Shown here: positions 38,737 through 48,000 of the stretch, one piece after another
How the letters are laid out: every line of letters starts with the position of its first letter
How positions within the stretch are numbered: position 1 is the stretch's first letter
Origin: a virus
IMG/VR virus record: IMGVR_UViG_3300026521_000527
Span: 64,001-128,000 of that record
Length of the DNA: 64,000 nucleotides
Strand: one strand, 5' to 3'
Position numbers and translations under genes: made by a program
The notes under the pieces: generated by a model
What the model saw: only the letters and a program-made list of their open reading frames with translations
Databases searched by the model: none
Told to the model about the DNA's origin: nothing

Positions 38737-39909
38737 TTAGAATTTTATTTTACCGTACTTATTAATTAAAGTGGTAGAAGTAAAAACTAAATTTGACCCC
38801 ATATTTTGAGGGGAAACTGTAATTGGACAAATTCTTCCAAAACTTGATTTATCATTTCTTTGCCAACTTTTTGGCAATCTCCCTTGCTTAATAATTTGAA
38901 TATCTTGGGATACCTTATTTATCAAAGGAAGTGCGAAAGGTAAACTTATATCATAAAGTTGCCCTCGATGTAATAATTTATTAAATCCAGTTGTCATGAC
39001 GGCATATTCATTTAACGTCGGTAAAAAGTTCTGACCTTTTTTATCAACGATTCCATAAAGTAATCTAATATACATTTCAAGTAAAGGTCTAATTAAATAT
39101 TCAGTTAATACAACACGACGATTATGCAAATCAGCCATATCAATAATAGTCTTATCAACATAATACTCTATTACCTTTTTAATAATATCAAAAAGATTGT
39201 CGACACTATAATAATCGTTGAAGATTTCACGATAGTAATCCAATAATAAATATCTATCCATCCAAGCAGGAACATCAATGTCATTAAAATTTTCCCATTT
39301 ATAAAAATCAAGAAACCCTTTGACAAATTTTCTTTGATCTTCCCTAGTAAATTTAAGCTTGCTGATTAACCCAAGTTCTTTTAACTCATGAAGATAATCT
39401 GGATCATTTTGAAAAAATACTCTAAAAAATACATCCATACTTACCTGTTTTGATCTAAAATGAACTGAACCTTTTTGAAAATCAAAAGTAAAATTATAAA
39501 CAGCATTCAAATTAATAAAAATTTTATCTTTACCATCATCCTCATTAAATATCCTATCGATTGGCGCTTTTTCCAGGAATAGTAATGGAACATAAGTACT
39601 ACCATTTAAGATGAAATAATTATTATCAATAAGCGCCGGGATTAAAGCCGTGGTTTCATTTGAGAAATCTCCATGCTTCTGTTTAATAATAACTCGATCA
39701 TAATAATTAGCTGAGTCGGCTAAGTATTGACTTGTAGATCTTTCCCAATCTATTGAATATTCAAAAGACTCATCAATTTCTTTAATATTACTGTACATAT
39801 TCGCTAATAAAGATCTAGATTTCATTAAGTCAACTTTTCTAAAATCTTTAATATGCATATAATTATCCGTCGTTAAGTCTCGTGAAGAGAAATGTATAGA
39901 ATTCATCAA
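38737..39909 (-). CDS. rpoB: Phage multi-subunit RNA polymerase, beta subunit N-terminal piece
   Basis: YFILNGSTYV, DLHNRRV, FGRICPITVSPQNMG (GRxCPxE region). Confidence 0.8.
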   Translation of the reverse strand: MMNSIHFSSRDLTTDNYMHIKDFRKVDLMKSRSLLANMYSNIKEIDESFEYSIDWERSTSQYLADSANYYDRVIIKQKHGDFSNETTALIPALIDNNYFILNGSTYVPLLFLEKAPIDRIFNEDDGKDKIFINLNAVYNFTFDFQKGSVHFRSKQVSMDVFFRVFFQNDPDYLHELKELGLISKLKFTREDQRKFVKGFLDFYKWENFNDIDVPAWMDRYLLLDYYREIFNDYYSVDNLFDIIKKVIEYYVDKTIIDMADLHNRRVVLTEYLIRPLLEMYIRLLYGIVDKKGQNFLPTLNEYAVMTTGFNKLLHRGQLYDISLPFALPLINKVSQDIQIIKQGRLPKSWQRNDKSSFGRICPITVSPQNMGSNLVFTSTTLINKYGKIKF

Positions 39910-40381
39910 TATCCTTTATTAAAAAGTCGGCTCCAGCTTGAGCTGCAAATAATTTCAATTTTATAAAGTATTCTTTACCAAACGCTGTATATTCTTTCAA
40001 TATATCTTCCGAAGACATCTTCCTTTCAGAGTCTAAACTACTATCAACTGATTTAATAAAATCTTTAATAGTTATTACTGTAAAAATATCTTTATTTTTA
40101 AATTCTTTTGGAATATTATAAAGTTCTAAAAAATCATCAGAAAAATCACCATTGATTTTTTCAGGATTATCTACAATTATTTTTAAATTCTTTTTCCGGA
40201 ATTTTAAAAAATTATACAGTTTTAAAATAATTTCGCGATCACAAACAATCTTTGTCATTGTCCCAATATTAAACGTATTTTCGTAATCCCCATCAAGTTC
40301 ATCCACATCCATAACGGATCTCGAATTGATAAATAGACGGAGAGTATTGGAACTATTTATTTCAATCGAATTCTTAATCAT
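39863..40381 (-). CDS. Hypothetical protein within the RNAP cluster
   Basis: 172-aa ORF. Confidence 0.6.
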   Translation of the reverse strand: MIKNSIEINSSNTLRLFINSRSVMDVDELDGDYENTFNIGTMTKIVCDREIILKLYNFLKFRKKNLKIIVDNPEKINGDFSDDFLELYNIPKEFKNKDIFTVITIKDFIKSVDSSLDSERKMSSEDILKEYTAFGKEYFIKLKLFAAQAGADFLIKDIDEFYTFLFTRLNDG

Positions 40382-40613
40382 CCAAAGTCTCCGAATTTGG
40401 TAATGACTTTTTCAGAATATACTGATAGAATTCATCAATTTCTGATTGAAGAAAATTAACCCTCGCTCTTTTTATAATAGTAGTTTTATTCCAATGAAGT
40501 TTAATTATATTCTCTGGATAAAGCTTAGATATTTTAGTGGGTATTTTAGATTGATCAACATATTCAATATCTACTTGATAAATTGAATCATTTATAAATT
40601 TCGAGTAGATCAT
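40374..40613 (-). CDS. Small hypothetical protein
   Basis: Start moved to MIYSKF to limit the overlap with rpoC-C. Confidence 0.5.
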   Translation of the reverse strand: MIYSKFINDSIYQVDIEYVDQSKIPTKISKLYPENIIKLHWNKTTIIKRARVNFLQSEIDEFYQYILKKSLPNSETLDD

Positions 40614-42561
40614 GATACATGTGCTCCACTGATACATCAGTTGATTTTGTATAAATTTTACTAATAGCTCTATTACTAAAATTATAAAAAATACTTAATT
40701 TTGGATCTAGCATTTCTATAATATTTTTTAAAGCGATTTGTCTAGTCGGTTCCTTATCACTATATCTATAAAGAACATCATCTTCATCATAATATAAAAG
40801 ACTTATAATAAGTTCTAGATAAACACTTAAAATATCATTTTGCTCTATAACAACTGATAATTTATCATATAAAACAGAAGGGTCTATTAAAGCAGCTCCA
40901 TCTCTATTTTTATCAATTAAAGATGTAATTGAGTTTAATGTTTTAACTGAATCATCATTAAAAGGTTGATTAATTACATTAAATATTAGAGTTATTTTGG
41001 ACTCTTCTTTAGAAATATCTATTTCAATATCATCATCTGTATAAATATTTTTTAAATAATTTAATATATATTCTAATTGATCTTCAAGAGTTCCAATTGA
41101 CTCATTTTCTTTTTCCAAAATAATTTCTTTCTCTGAAAATTTAGCTTCTCTTAAAATACTTAGAAGTTTTTTATCCTCAGTTGCAATAAAAGCTCCACCA
41201 AAATGGTGAGTCCTAAGAACGGATTGTATAATACCCTCAGATAATCCTGATCCAATAATTGCCCCTAAGTTTACACTATCCGGTATCTTTGAACCAAAAC
41301 ATTTTTTACAGATTTTATATCCACTATGTTTACATGTAATTGGACTCCTTATTAAGATATCTAGACCAATCAGAGATTCATCATTAATATCTATTTTTTC
41401 TTCCTGTCCAGTAGAGTCATTAAACCACCATCTATGATTTAAAAGCTCAAGGATTGTTTTATTCTTAATATTTATTTTAAAATACTTATCAGTTCCGCAA
41501 TCTTCAAGATCTTTATCCAGTTTTAAAATACCCGTGGTGAAGAAGAATTTTCTTTGTAGTTCGCCTCCTTTTGGAATTGCTTCCTGTCTTTGAGCCAGCG
41601 CCAATCTAGCGCTATCTCCTGTCATAAAATACTCTTCTTCCGTTAAACCATCAAGTAAAGAATTTTCAATATTTGCTTTAAACGCTTTTCCATAGATATC
41701 CGTAGGAATACCAGTATTCGATGCAGCCTTCAGTAATTGAACCGATTTTAATCTTGCCCCACTATTGAATACAAGATTCAATATATTATTGGGATCTTCT
41801 TCCACTGTATTTTTAACCTTTTCAAAAAGTATTAAATTTTGATGAAACGCTAAAAATGGTTCTTCTTTAAATAAACTACTTCGTATATCATCTATTTCTT
41901 TATTACCAACTGCAAAATCTTTCAAATCGAAAGAAGGATTGCAGTGTGTTATAACTGTACTGCATTCTAAAAGAAATTTATCAAACTCATGTATATTCAA
42001 CCAGAAGTCAAACTCAATGCCTCTTGAATTTAAATCTTGAACTATAGCCCAAAATCTCTCAGTTAACTTTAAAAGATTTTTTTTATTTAGAACGCCATCT
42101 TTTTCAATTTCGTAGAATGGCTCACCGAGCAATTCCACAGAATTTTCCAATTCACCGAATAAAGAAATATGGATTAACCATTCAATATAAGAAAGAGTTC
42201 TATTGAACTCTTTGATGTGAAATTGTCTACCAGGTTCTGATTCAACCAAATTAATATCAGCAACTAGTTCATCTAATGTATTTAATTCAACTATTTCTCT
42301 ATCTGGGAATTGAGCTAGATTTTCTTTTGCTCGCAAAGTTAACATAAAAGCACTATAAATTGATTCATGTTCATAGTCAATTAATAATTTATCCATGTGC
42401 TCAAATTCAATAAGATTTTTCACAAAGGCGTACTTAAAATCAGCTCGTGCTTGTTTTGAATGCATAGCGGCTGCAATAACATTATCACCATCATGATCAC
42501 TATTATCAAATTGTGACATTAAATTTGATTTCTCAATTACTTGATTGCTTCCTATAATCAT
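40588..42561 (-). CDS. rpoC: Phage multi-subunit RNA polymerase, beta-prime C-terminal piece (catalytic loop, bridge helix, trigger loop)
   Basis: FDNSDHDGDNV (NADFDGD variant), GGELQRKF, EDCGT, RSPITC...CKKCFG, SEG..QSVLRTHH.GG. Confidence 0.9.
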   Translation of the reverse strand: MIIGSNQVIEKSNLMSQFDNSDHDGDNVIAAAMHSKQARADFKYAFVKNLIEFEHMDKLLIDYEHESIYSAFMLTLRAKENLAQFPDREIVELNTLDELVADINLVESEPGRQFHIKEFNRTLSYIEWLIHISLFGELENSVELLGEPFYEIEKDGVLNKKNLLKLTERFWAIVQDLNSRGIEFDFWLNIHEFDKFLLECSTVITHCNPSFDLKDFAVGNKEIDDIRSSLFKEEPFLAFHQNLILFEKVKNTVEEDPNNILNLVFNSGARLKSVQLLKAASNTGIPTDIYGKAFKANIENSLLDGLTEEEYFMTGDSARLALAQRQEAIPKGGELQRKFFFTTGILKLDKDLEDCGTDKYFKINIKNKTILELLNHRWWFNDSTGQEEKIDINDESLIGLDILIRSPITCKHSGYKICKKCFGSKIPDSVNLGAIIGSGLSEGIIQSVLRTHHFGGAFIATEDKKLLSILREAKFSEKEIILEKENESIGTLEDQLEYILNYLKNIYTDDDIEIDISKEESKITLIFNVINQPFNDDSVKTLNSITSLIDKNRDGAALIDPSVLYDKLSVVIEQNDILSVYLELIISLLYYDEDDVLYRYSDKEPTRQIALKNIIEMLDPKLSIFYNFSNRAISKIYTKSTDVSVEHMYHDLLEIYK

Positions 42562-42605
42562 ACATTTCCTTTTATTTTTTTAATAAATTATAATGATCTA
42601 CAATT

Positions 42606-42640
42606 AAGTATTTAATGAGCAAAAAGCTCATTAAATACTT
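42606..42640. repeat. Perfect inverted repeat, 15-bp arms, 5-nt spacer, mostly inside the 3' end of a CDS
   Basis: aagtatttaatgagc-aaaaa-gctcattaaatactt. Confidence 0.9.
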
Positions 42641-43169
42641 CAATATTATATTTCTTTTGAATATCAAGAACCACATTTGGAATAACTGTCGTAACATTAT
42701 TTATCTTTTTATTGGATTCAATATATATATTAATATGCTCCATCAATGTTGATAAATTATAAAGACTATTGAATATTGGATTCCTATTATTTAAAAATGC
42801 AGCAAATCCTACAAAAGCTTGCAAGCCAGCATAATTAAAATCAGCCGGCTTTAATTCAAAATCAGGAAAATATTCAAAGAAAGGTAATTTTATATCTCCT
42901 ACAAAATCTTCAATATCTGCATTTGAAACACCGATATAAAAAGGTATTAAAAACAATCTATATTTTTTTCTCTTTAATTCAGTCTGCATTTTAAATTCTT
43001 CAATTAGTCTATCAACATTCTGATAAGTTTCTTTATCTATATATACAAAAGCTAAATCTGATATTGTGACCACTTTAGAATCTATATCTGATTCAACTTC
43101 GAGTGCTTTTGAAACATTTTCAGTAATATCTAAAAAATCATTATAAGTCATATTTCTCCTTAAATCCAC
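42612..43169 (-). CDS. Hypothetical protein
   Basis: 185-aa ORF. Confidence 0.65.
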   Translation of the reverse strand: MDLRRNMTYNDFLDITENVSKALEVESDIDSKVVTISDLAFVYIDKETYQNVDRLIEEFKMQTELKRKKYRLFLIPFYIGVSNADIEDFVGDIKLPFFEYFPDFELKPADFNYAGLQAFVGFAAFLNNRNPIFNSLYNLSTLMEHINIYIESNKKINNVTTVIPNVVLDIQKKYNIEVFNELFAH

Positions 43170-43171
43170 AG

Positions 43172-43453
43172 TTATAGAACTATTTTTAAAATGCGCCTAT
43201 TAAAATCATTATAAGCATAATCTAATTTTGGGTTAATTTCATATAGTAAATCAAAAAGATGTTTTGTGGCAATAACATTATTATAAATTACTTTCCCATC
43301 TGTACCACTAATTAAAGGAACAGATCTATTTAGATTAATAACTCGTTTGTCACCGATCTTTAAAAAAGACCCTGTGGATGTATTCTCAAATTCAGTTGGG
43401 TATTTTTCACTAGGTAAATGAAATCCACCTCCTCCATAAAAAACTATATGCAT
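43172..43453 (-). CDS. Hypothetical protein
   Basis: 93-aa ORF between RNAP genes. Confidence 0.6.
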   Translation of the reverse strand: MHIVFYGGGGFHLPSEKYPTEFENTSTGSFLKIGDKRVINLNRSVPLISGTDGKVIYNNVIATKHLFDLLYEINPKLDYAYNDFNRRILKIVL

Positions 43454-43455
43454 TT

Positions 43456-44787
43456 CTATTCCTCCAAATCATTTAAAAAATCATCAATTATTTCTTCATC
43501 ATTTACTTCTGGATTCAGTTCTATATTGCCATCATCCTCCTCATAATTTAATTTATCGTCAATTAATTTTAAAATATCATTATCATCAAAAACATTGGCT
43601 AAAACATATCCTCCTATATTATATCGCCATAATGTTGGTTGCCTCTCAACTAAGAGTTTAAATTCACTGATGTGTTTTTCTAAAAACTCTTGGAAATCTT
43701 CATCACGAATATTTATTTGGAAATCTTTATCGAATGATTTATAAATATATTGAATAAAATCAACTATTGAGATATTATTATCATTTATCGGATTATCTTG
43801 ATATTTAGTATATAAATAATGCAATAATTCCGGAAGAAATAATTTTTTTACTGACGAAACATGAAGCCCGATTTGATATGGCCTGAGAGCTGGATTAGGC
43901 ACTAAAACCGATCTTTGTGAAAACTCTACTGTTTTTCCAGTCAAGGCTTCTCGAATATAACTCTCTTTTTTTTGAAAATTAAATTCAAGTATTACTTCAT
44001 AAATTTCATCAACAGTCTGTTGGTATTTATAAACGGTATACCCGAAAAAATCTGGGTTTGCTTTAAATAATTGATCGGACATATTTATATTTTTAGCCTT
44101 ATTTTTAAGAATTTGGCTATAACTTTTGGTAATTGGATGGGGTAAAATTTTGGTAGGAGAGATTTTTATAATTTGACGACTACTTGGTGGAACCACCAAA
44201 ACATAATCTAAAAATATATAATCCAAGAATTTTGGATTTACAACTAAAGTTTCAAATGAAGCCTGATAGCTTGGATGGGTTCTTAGGAACTCAAAGAGTG
44301 ATTTTAAACTAACTATATCATAAACTGGTTGCTCAATTCTTCTTTCATTTGCTTTCATTCTAGATTCTTTTACCAATCTATGTTTTTCAAGACTAAAGAA
44401 ATAAGGAGCCTCTTTATTATTCTGGTAATCTTTTTTATTTAGTAGACTTTTTATAGCGACTTGTCCAAAAAACTGTTGCAAAACATTTTTGAAATTTGGG
44501 TTAACTACATAAATTCCATCTGGAAATTCTATTTTTGCAAATGTTGTTGTCCTATTATCTGTGGTACCGCAAAGAACATGACACTCTTCACAATACAATC
44601 CAGCGTTTTTCTTTCCAAATAGTTTATTGCATTGGCACCTAAATTTCTTAATTGGGCCAAATATTTGCTCAGAATATAAACCATCCGGATGAAAAACCTC
44701 TTGTTTCACACTGGTATATATTTTTGGACTAGTTATGTCAACTAACTGATCTGAATTTTCATAAATTTTAAAATTTAAATCTAACAT
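43456..44787 (-). CDS. rpoC: Phage multi-subunit RNA polymerase, beta-prime N-terminal piece
   Basis: DGLYSEQIFGP, CQC...CEEC Zn site, LTGKTVEFSQRSVL.P, ERQPTL; acidic tail. Confidence 0.92.
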   Translation of the reverse strand: MLDLNFKIYENSDQLVDITSPKIYTSVKQEVFHPDGLYSEQIFGPIKKFRCQCNKLFGKKNAGLYCEECHVLCGTTDNRTTTFAKIEFPDGIYVVNPNFKNVLQQFFGQVAIKSLLNKKDYQNNKEAPYFFSLEKHRLVKESRMKANERRIEQPVYDIVSLKSLFEFLRTHPSYQASFETLVVNPKFLDYIFLDYVLVVPPSSRQIIKISPTKILPHPITKSYSQILKNKAKNINMSDQLFKANPDFFGYTVYKYQQTVDEIYEVILEFNFQKKESYIREALTGKTVEFSQRSVLVPNPALRPYQIGLHVSSVKKLFLPELLHYLYTKYQDNPINDNNISIVDFIQYIYKSFDKDFQINIRDEDFQEFLEKHISEFKLLVERQPTLWRYNIGGYVLANVFDDNDILKLIDDKLNYEEDDGNIELNPEVNDEEIIDDFLNDLEE

Positions 44788-45173
44788 TAGATTCCTTTCT
44801 CAATAGCATATCTAAGGCAAACATTTATATGCTTACAGCTTCTAACAGTGCATGTTGGGTTAGTCTCCTTCGGAGGTTCTAATACAAAATCAGGTTGTGT
44901 CAAAAGGGCACCGTGTTGATCGAAGCAATATGCTAATCTGTACCTAAAGTCTAAACAACTACAATAAACCTTAATTTTACTACTTGGTGTAATTTTTGGC
45001 GTATTTGATTCGATCTTTACGACATACATGCTTGGTTGTATATCTGTAGTCGATTTTTTACTAATTAAACTGAATTGTTTTATATAAGGGCGATTTATAA
45101 CTTTTATAACTTTTATAGTATTATCTTGTGATCTAAGTATACTACTTACTGTAATTGATGATTGGGTTGCCAT
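44787..45173 (-). CDS. SWIM zinc-finger protein
   Basis: CSCLDF...CKH. Start moved to MATQ. Confidence 0.7.
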   Translation of the reverse strand: MATQSSITVSSILRSQDNTIKVIKVINRPYIKQFSLISKKSTTDIQPSMYVVKIESNTPKITPSSKIKVYCSCLDFRYRLAYCFDQHGALLTQPDFVLEPPKETNPTCTVRSCKHINVCLRYAIEKGI

Positions 45174-45214
45174 TTTTGTCCTTTGAAAAAAATAAAATAA
45201 AATAAAAAAATTGG

Positions 45215-45412
45215 ACAATAGGAACCCCGTCCCTCTCAGGCCAGTGAACTATCCAAGTACTACCGATTTCAGTTTATCCTGAACCATTTCCATATTTCTT
45301 ATACTTCTTTTGATTCAGGGACCTACTCACGATAGGACCCGATACCACACCACCATCCAGATGACGAGGATCCGTCCACGATTAGTACCCTCCGATATCT
45401 AACCGCTTCTAA
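45215..45412 (-). ncRNA. Candidate structured non-coding RNA of unknown class
   Basis: GC-rich island without an ORF; nested long-range helices, a GNRA-capped hairpin and many G-U pairs on the minus strand; promoter-like motif upstream and U-run downstream. Confidence 0.55.
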
Positions 45413-45420
45413 TAATAGTA

Positions 45421-45448
45421 TTTATATACTTCGAGAAGTTATTCTAAA
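45421..45448 (-). promoter_or_regulatory. Bipartite motif TTTAGAATAA-N8-AGTATATAAA, copy 2
   Basis: Directly upstream of the ncRNA candidate; the upstream box overlaps the clamp-loader stop codon. Confidence 0.55.
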
Positions 45449-46455
45449 CTATAAATTCCACCCCCTTTCGCTTCAAATATATTTTCAAGTATCTGAGCAA
45501 ACATTGTTAAAAAATGCAAAGTCTTAAATCTTTTTAACTCCAAATCTTGATAAAATTCTTGAATTGTTTTTTGATGTAATAGATTCAAATCCGAATCAAT
45601 CAATCCTTTAAATATATAATCAAAATTTAAATGCAGATCTGATTTAAAAACTTTTAAAATGTACTCATAATAAGTGAAAAAATGCTGATCATTTTTTGCA
45701 TCCTTAATAATATCAAGTTCTAATCCGACACCCAATGTCTCAAAATATTTTATCAGGTACACAGCATAATTTATTACGTTATCCTCAGTATCAGATACAC
45801 CAATAAAACTGTTAATTATACTTGGATCAAATATTCCAGATACTGATGCAAGTTCCAAATTATTTATAATATCTCGAAGACCTTTAGTTTTAAAAGAACT
45901 TACGAATTTTTTAAGATCTTCTAGATGGTATTTTATTTTTTCAGAATCTAGAATAAATTTTACTCTTTCGAATATCTTATTTTCATCAAGATCTGTAAAA
46001 TGTATTTTGGTATTAAATCTAGTCAGGAGGGCCGAATCCATTTTTTCAGGATTATTCGTCGTTGCTAAAAAAGCAGTCGTCGCTTGATATTTTTCTAATA
46101 ACCCATCTTTCAAGACAACTTGAGCCTGAGCACTTAGTCTATCAATTTCTTCGATTTTAACTATTTTCTGTTTACTACTTGCTGCACGCTGCTGCAACCA
46201 TCTAGCTAATTCATCAACGGAATCAATTTTTCGATCCAAGATAAAGATATCTACTCTATTTTTTACAATGCGATTAATTAGAACTTCATTAATGGTTGTC
46301 TTTCCAAGTCCAGCAGCACCATAACTTAAAATATTACCATTAATAAATTCATTATTATAAAAAGTTCTAATAACTTTTTCTATATTTTCATTTGGAAAAA
46401 TAACTTCATCAATTGATCTGGGGCGATATTTTTCAAACCACGCTTTAAACATCAT
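45439..46455 (-). CDS. Clamp loader AAA+ subunit (T4 gp44/RFC-small-like)
   Basis: WFEKYRP..IDEV, GAAGLGKTT, IEEIDRLS..AQ, ALLTRF. Confidence 0.88.
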   Translation of the reverse strand: MMFKAWFEKYRPRSIDEVIFPNENIEKVIRTFYNNEFINGNILSYGAAGLGKTTINEVLINRIVKNRVDIFILDRKIDSVDELARWLQQRAASSKQKIVKIEEIDRLSAQAQVVLKDGLLEKYQATTAFLATTNNPEKMDSALLTRFNTKIHFTDLDENKIFERVKFILDSEKIKYHLEDLKKFVSSFKTKGLRDIINNLELASVSGIFDPSIINSFIGVSDTEDNVINYAVYLIKYFETLGVGLELDIIKDAKNDQHFFTYYEYILKVFKSDLHLNFDYIFKGLIDSDLNLLHQKTIQEFYQDLELKRFKTLHFLTMFAQILENIFEAKGGGIYSLE

Positions 46456-47204
46456 AAAAATCCAATATCTTTAGATAGTATATTCATAATATTATTATTG
46501 GCTAATATACAGACACCTTGCACGATATCTTTATTTTTCCTTAAAATATCCATCATTTTTCTTAATTCACTTCTGTTAGTGTTTAAGCTTTTAAAATATA
46601 ATTCGGCATTATGATAATCATAATAACCTTCATTAAATATATTTTTTATCCAAGCTTTTTGTAGATAATGTATTGAGATACGATGATAATTGTCATTTGA
46701 TTGAGAATTATTAATCAAAAAATCCCGAGTTCTTTTGGTTGATTCTCCCAAATGTGTAACAACTTTAAAAATTTTTAAATTAGATACATCTTTTGCGGCA
46801 AATATAAATTCAAAATCAATTTTAATTTCTCCAGGATATTCCCTTTCAAAAGATATTCTAAGTTTATAATCATTATTAAAATGATTTTTTTCTTGGCGTG
46901 TCGTTTTAACTACATCGAAAGAAATTTTTCTTTCAAATTCGCTTTTTTTCATATCATAAACCATCTGTTCAAATAGAGGATTATCAATATATCCATTTTC
47001 TAAAATCTCAGAAATTATCCATTCGAATTTTAATATATGATCAGGTTGTCTAATGTTGCAACTTATATTTTTTTGAATACCTTTTGTAAATAAGATTGTC
47101 GATAGAAAATTAAGAGCATCATTTTGAATACAATTATCTCCATTTATATGACGAAAAACCAGATTATACTGAGTCAATTTTCCACGAAATAATGATTTAG
47201 CCAT
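46452..47204 (-). CDS. Hypothetical protein
   Basis: 250-aa ORF overlapping the clamp-loader start (ATGA). Confidence 0.65.
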   Translation of the reverse strand: MAKSLFRGKLTQYNLVFRHINGDNCIQNDALNFLSTILFTKGIQKNISCNIRQPDHILKFEWIISEILENGYIDNPLFEQMVYDMKKSEFERKISFDVVKTTRQEKNHFNNDYKLRISFEREYPGEIKIDFEFIFAAKDVSNLKIFKVVTHLGESTKRTRDFLINNSQSNDNYHRISIHYLQKAWIKNIFNEGYYDYHNAELYFKSLNTNRSELRKMMDILRKNKDIVQGVCILANNNIMNILSKDIGFL

Positions 47205-47214
47205 TAAAAGATCC

Positions 47215-47931
47215 TTATATTTTAAATTGATAATTATTTATTTTATTTTCGAGAAGTGTACCTTCCGCAGCTTTTTTGCGTTCAAGACATGCCTCGCATT
47301 TTAAACAAGGCGCAAATAAATTATCTTTCTGGTTGGGATTATAACATGTCCATGTTTTCTGCCAAGGCACTTTTAACTCAATACCAACCTCAACAATTTC
47401 TTTTTTATAATTATCGACAAATGGTGTATATAATTCAATAGATTTGCAATCATTTAATTCAAGAAGACTATTTAATCTCTTGACGAATTCTGGAGAAATA
47501 TCCCAATAATCCCTATCATATATTGAGTGCTTATGAACCCCAAGTCCAATTTTAATTTCATCCACATTCATATAGAAAGAGGTAATTTCTCCAACGACAC
47601 CAGAAATTATCGAAAATAATAAATTTCTTGACGGTGTATAATATTCCATCGAAGTTTCTTTATTTATAATACCAGAGTCTCTCAATGATGAATATATTAA
47701 TCCATTTTGATTATAAATTGCATTAGTATCAATTTCAATAAAATCCAGAACTCTATTACCGAAGGTGTTTTTCATTTCCGTGAAAATGTTTCTAAAACAC
47801 TCTTTTTCAATAATGTTTAATTGTCCATAATCTATATTTATTGGTAAAATTGTAAATCCATCTTCAATTGCTTTATATGCAAGTGTTGTTGAATCCAAAC
47901 CTCCACTCATTGAAACTACACATAATTTCAT
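47215..47931 (-). CDS. queC: 7-cyano-7-deazaguanine (preQ0) synthase
   Basis: VVSMSGGLDST, YYTPSRN, GVH, TWTCY, PCLKCEACLER. Confidence 0.92.
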   Translation of the reverse strand: MKLCVVSMSGGLDSTTLAYKAIEDGFTILPINIDYGQLNIIEKECFRNIFTEMKNTFGNRVLDFIEIDTNAIYNQNGLIYSSLRDSGIINKETSMEYYTPSRNLLFSIISGVVGEITSFYMNVDEIKIGLGVHKHSIYDRDYWDISPEFVKRLNSLLELNDCKSIELYTPFVDNYKKEIVEVGIELKVPWQKTWTCYNPNQKDNLFAPCLKCEACLERKKAAEGTLLENKINNYQFKI

Positions 47932-47963
47932 ATATTTCCTTTATTATTTTGATTGGGCACGGA

Positions 47964-47996
47964 AGGGGATAGGGTGCATAGTGCACCCTATCCCCT
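47964..47996. repeat. Perfect inverted repeat, 15-bp arms, 3-nt spacer, flanked by GGGCACGGAA
   Basis: aggggatagggtgca-tag-tgcaccctatcccct. Confidence 0.95.
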
Positions 47997-48000
47997 AATA

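Noticed and set aside
45215-45412. rRNA fragment, tRNA, tmRNA or hammerhead ribozyme
   Set aside because: Only a short CTGGCCTGAGAGGG resemblance to 16S; no cloverleaf, T-loop or CCA end; no exact CUGAUGA/GAAA core.
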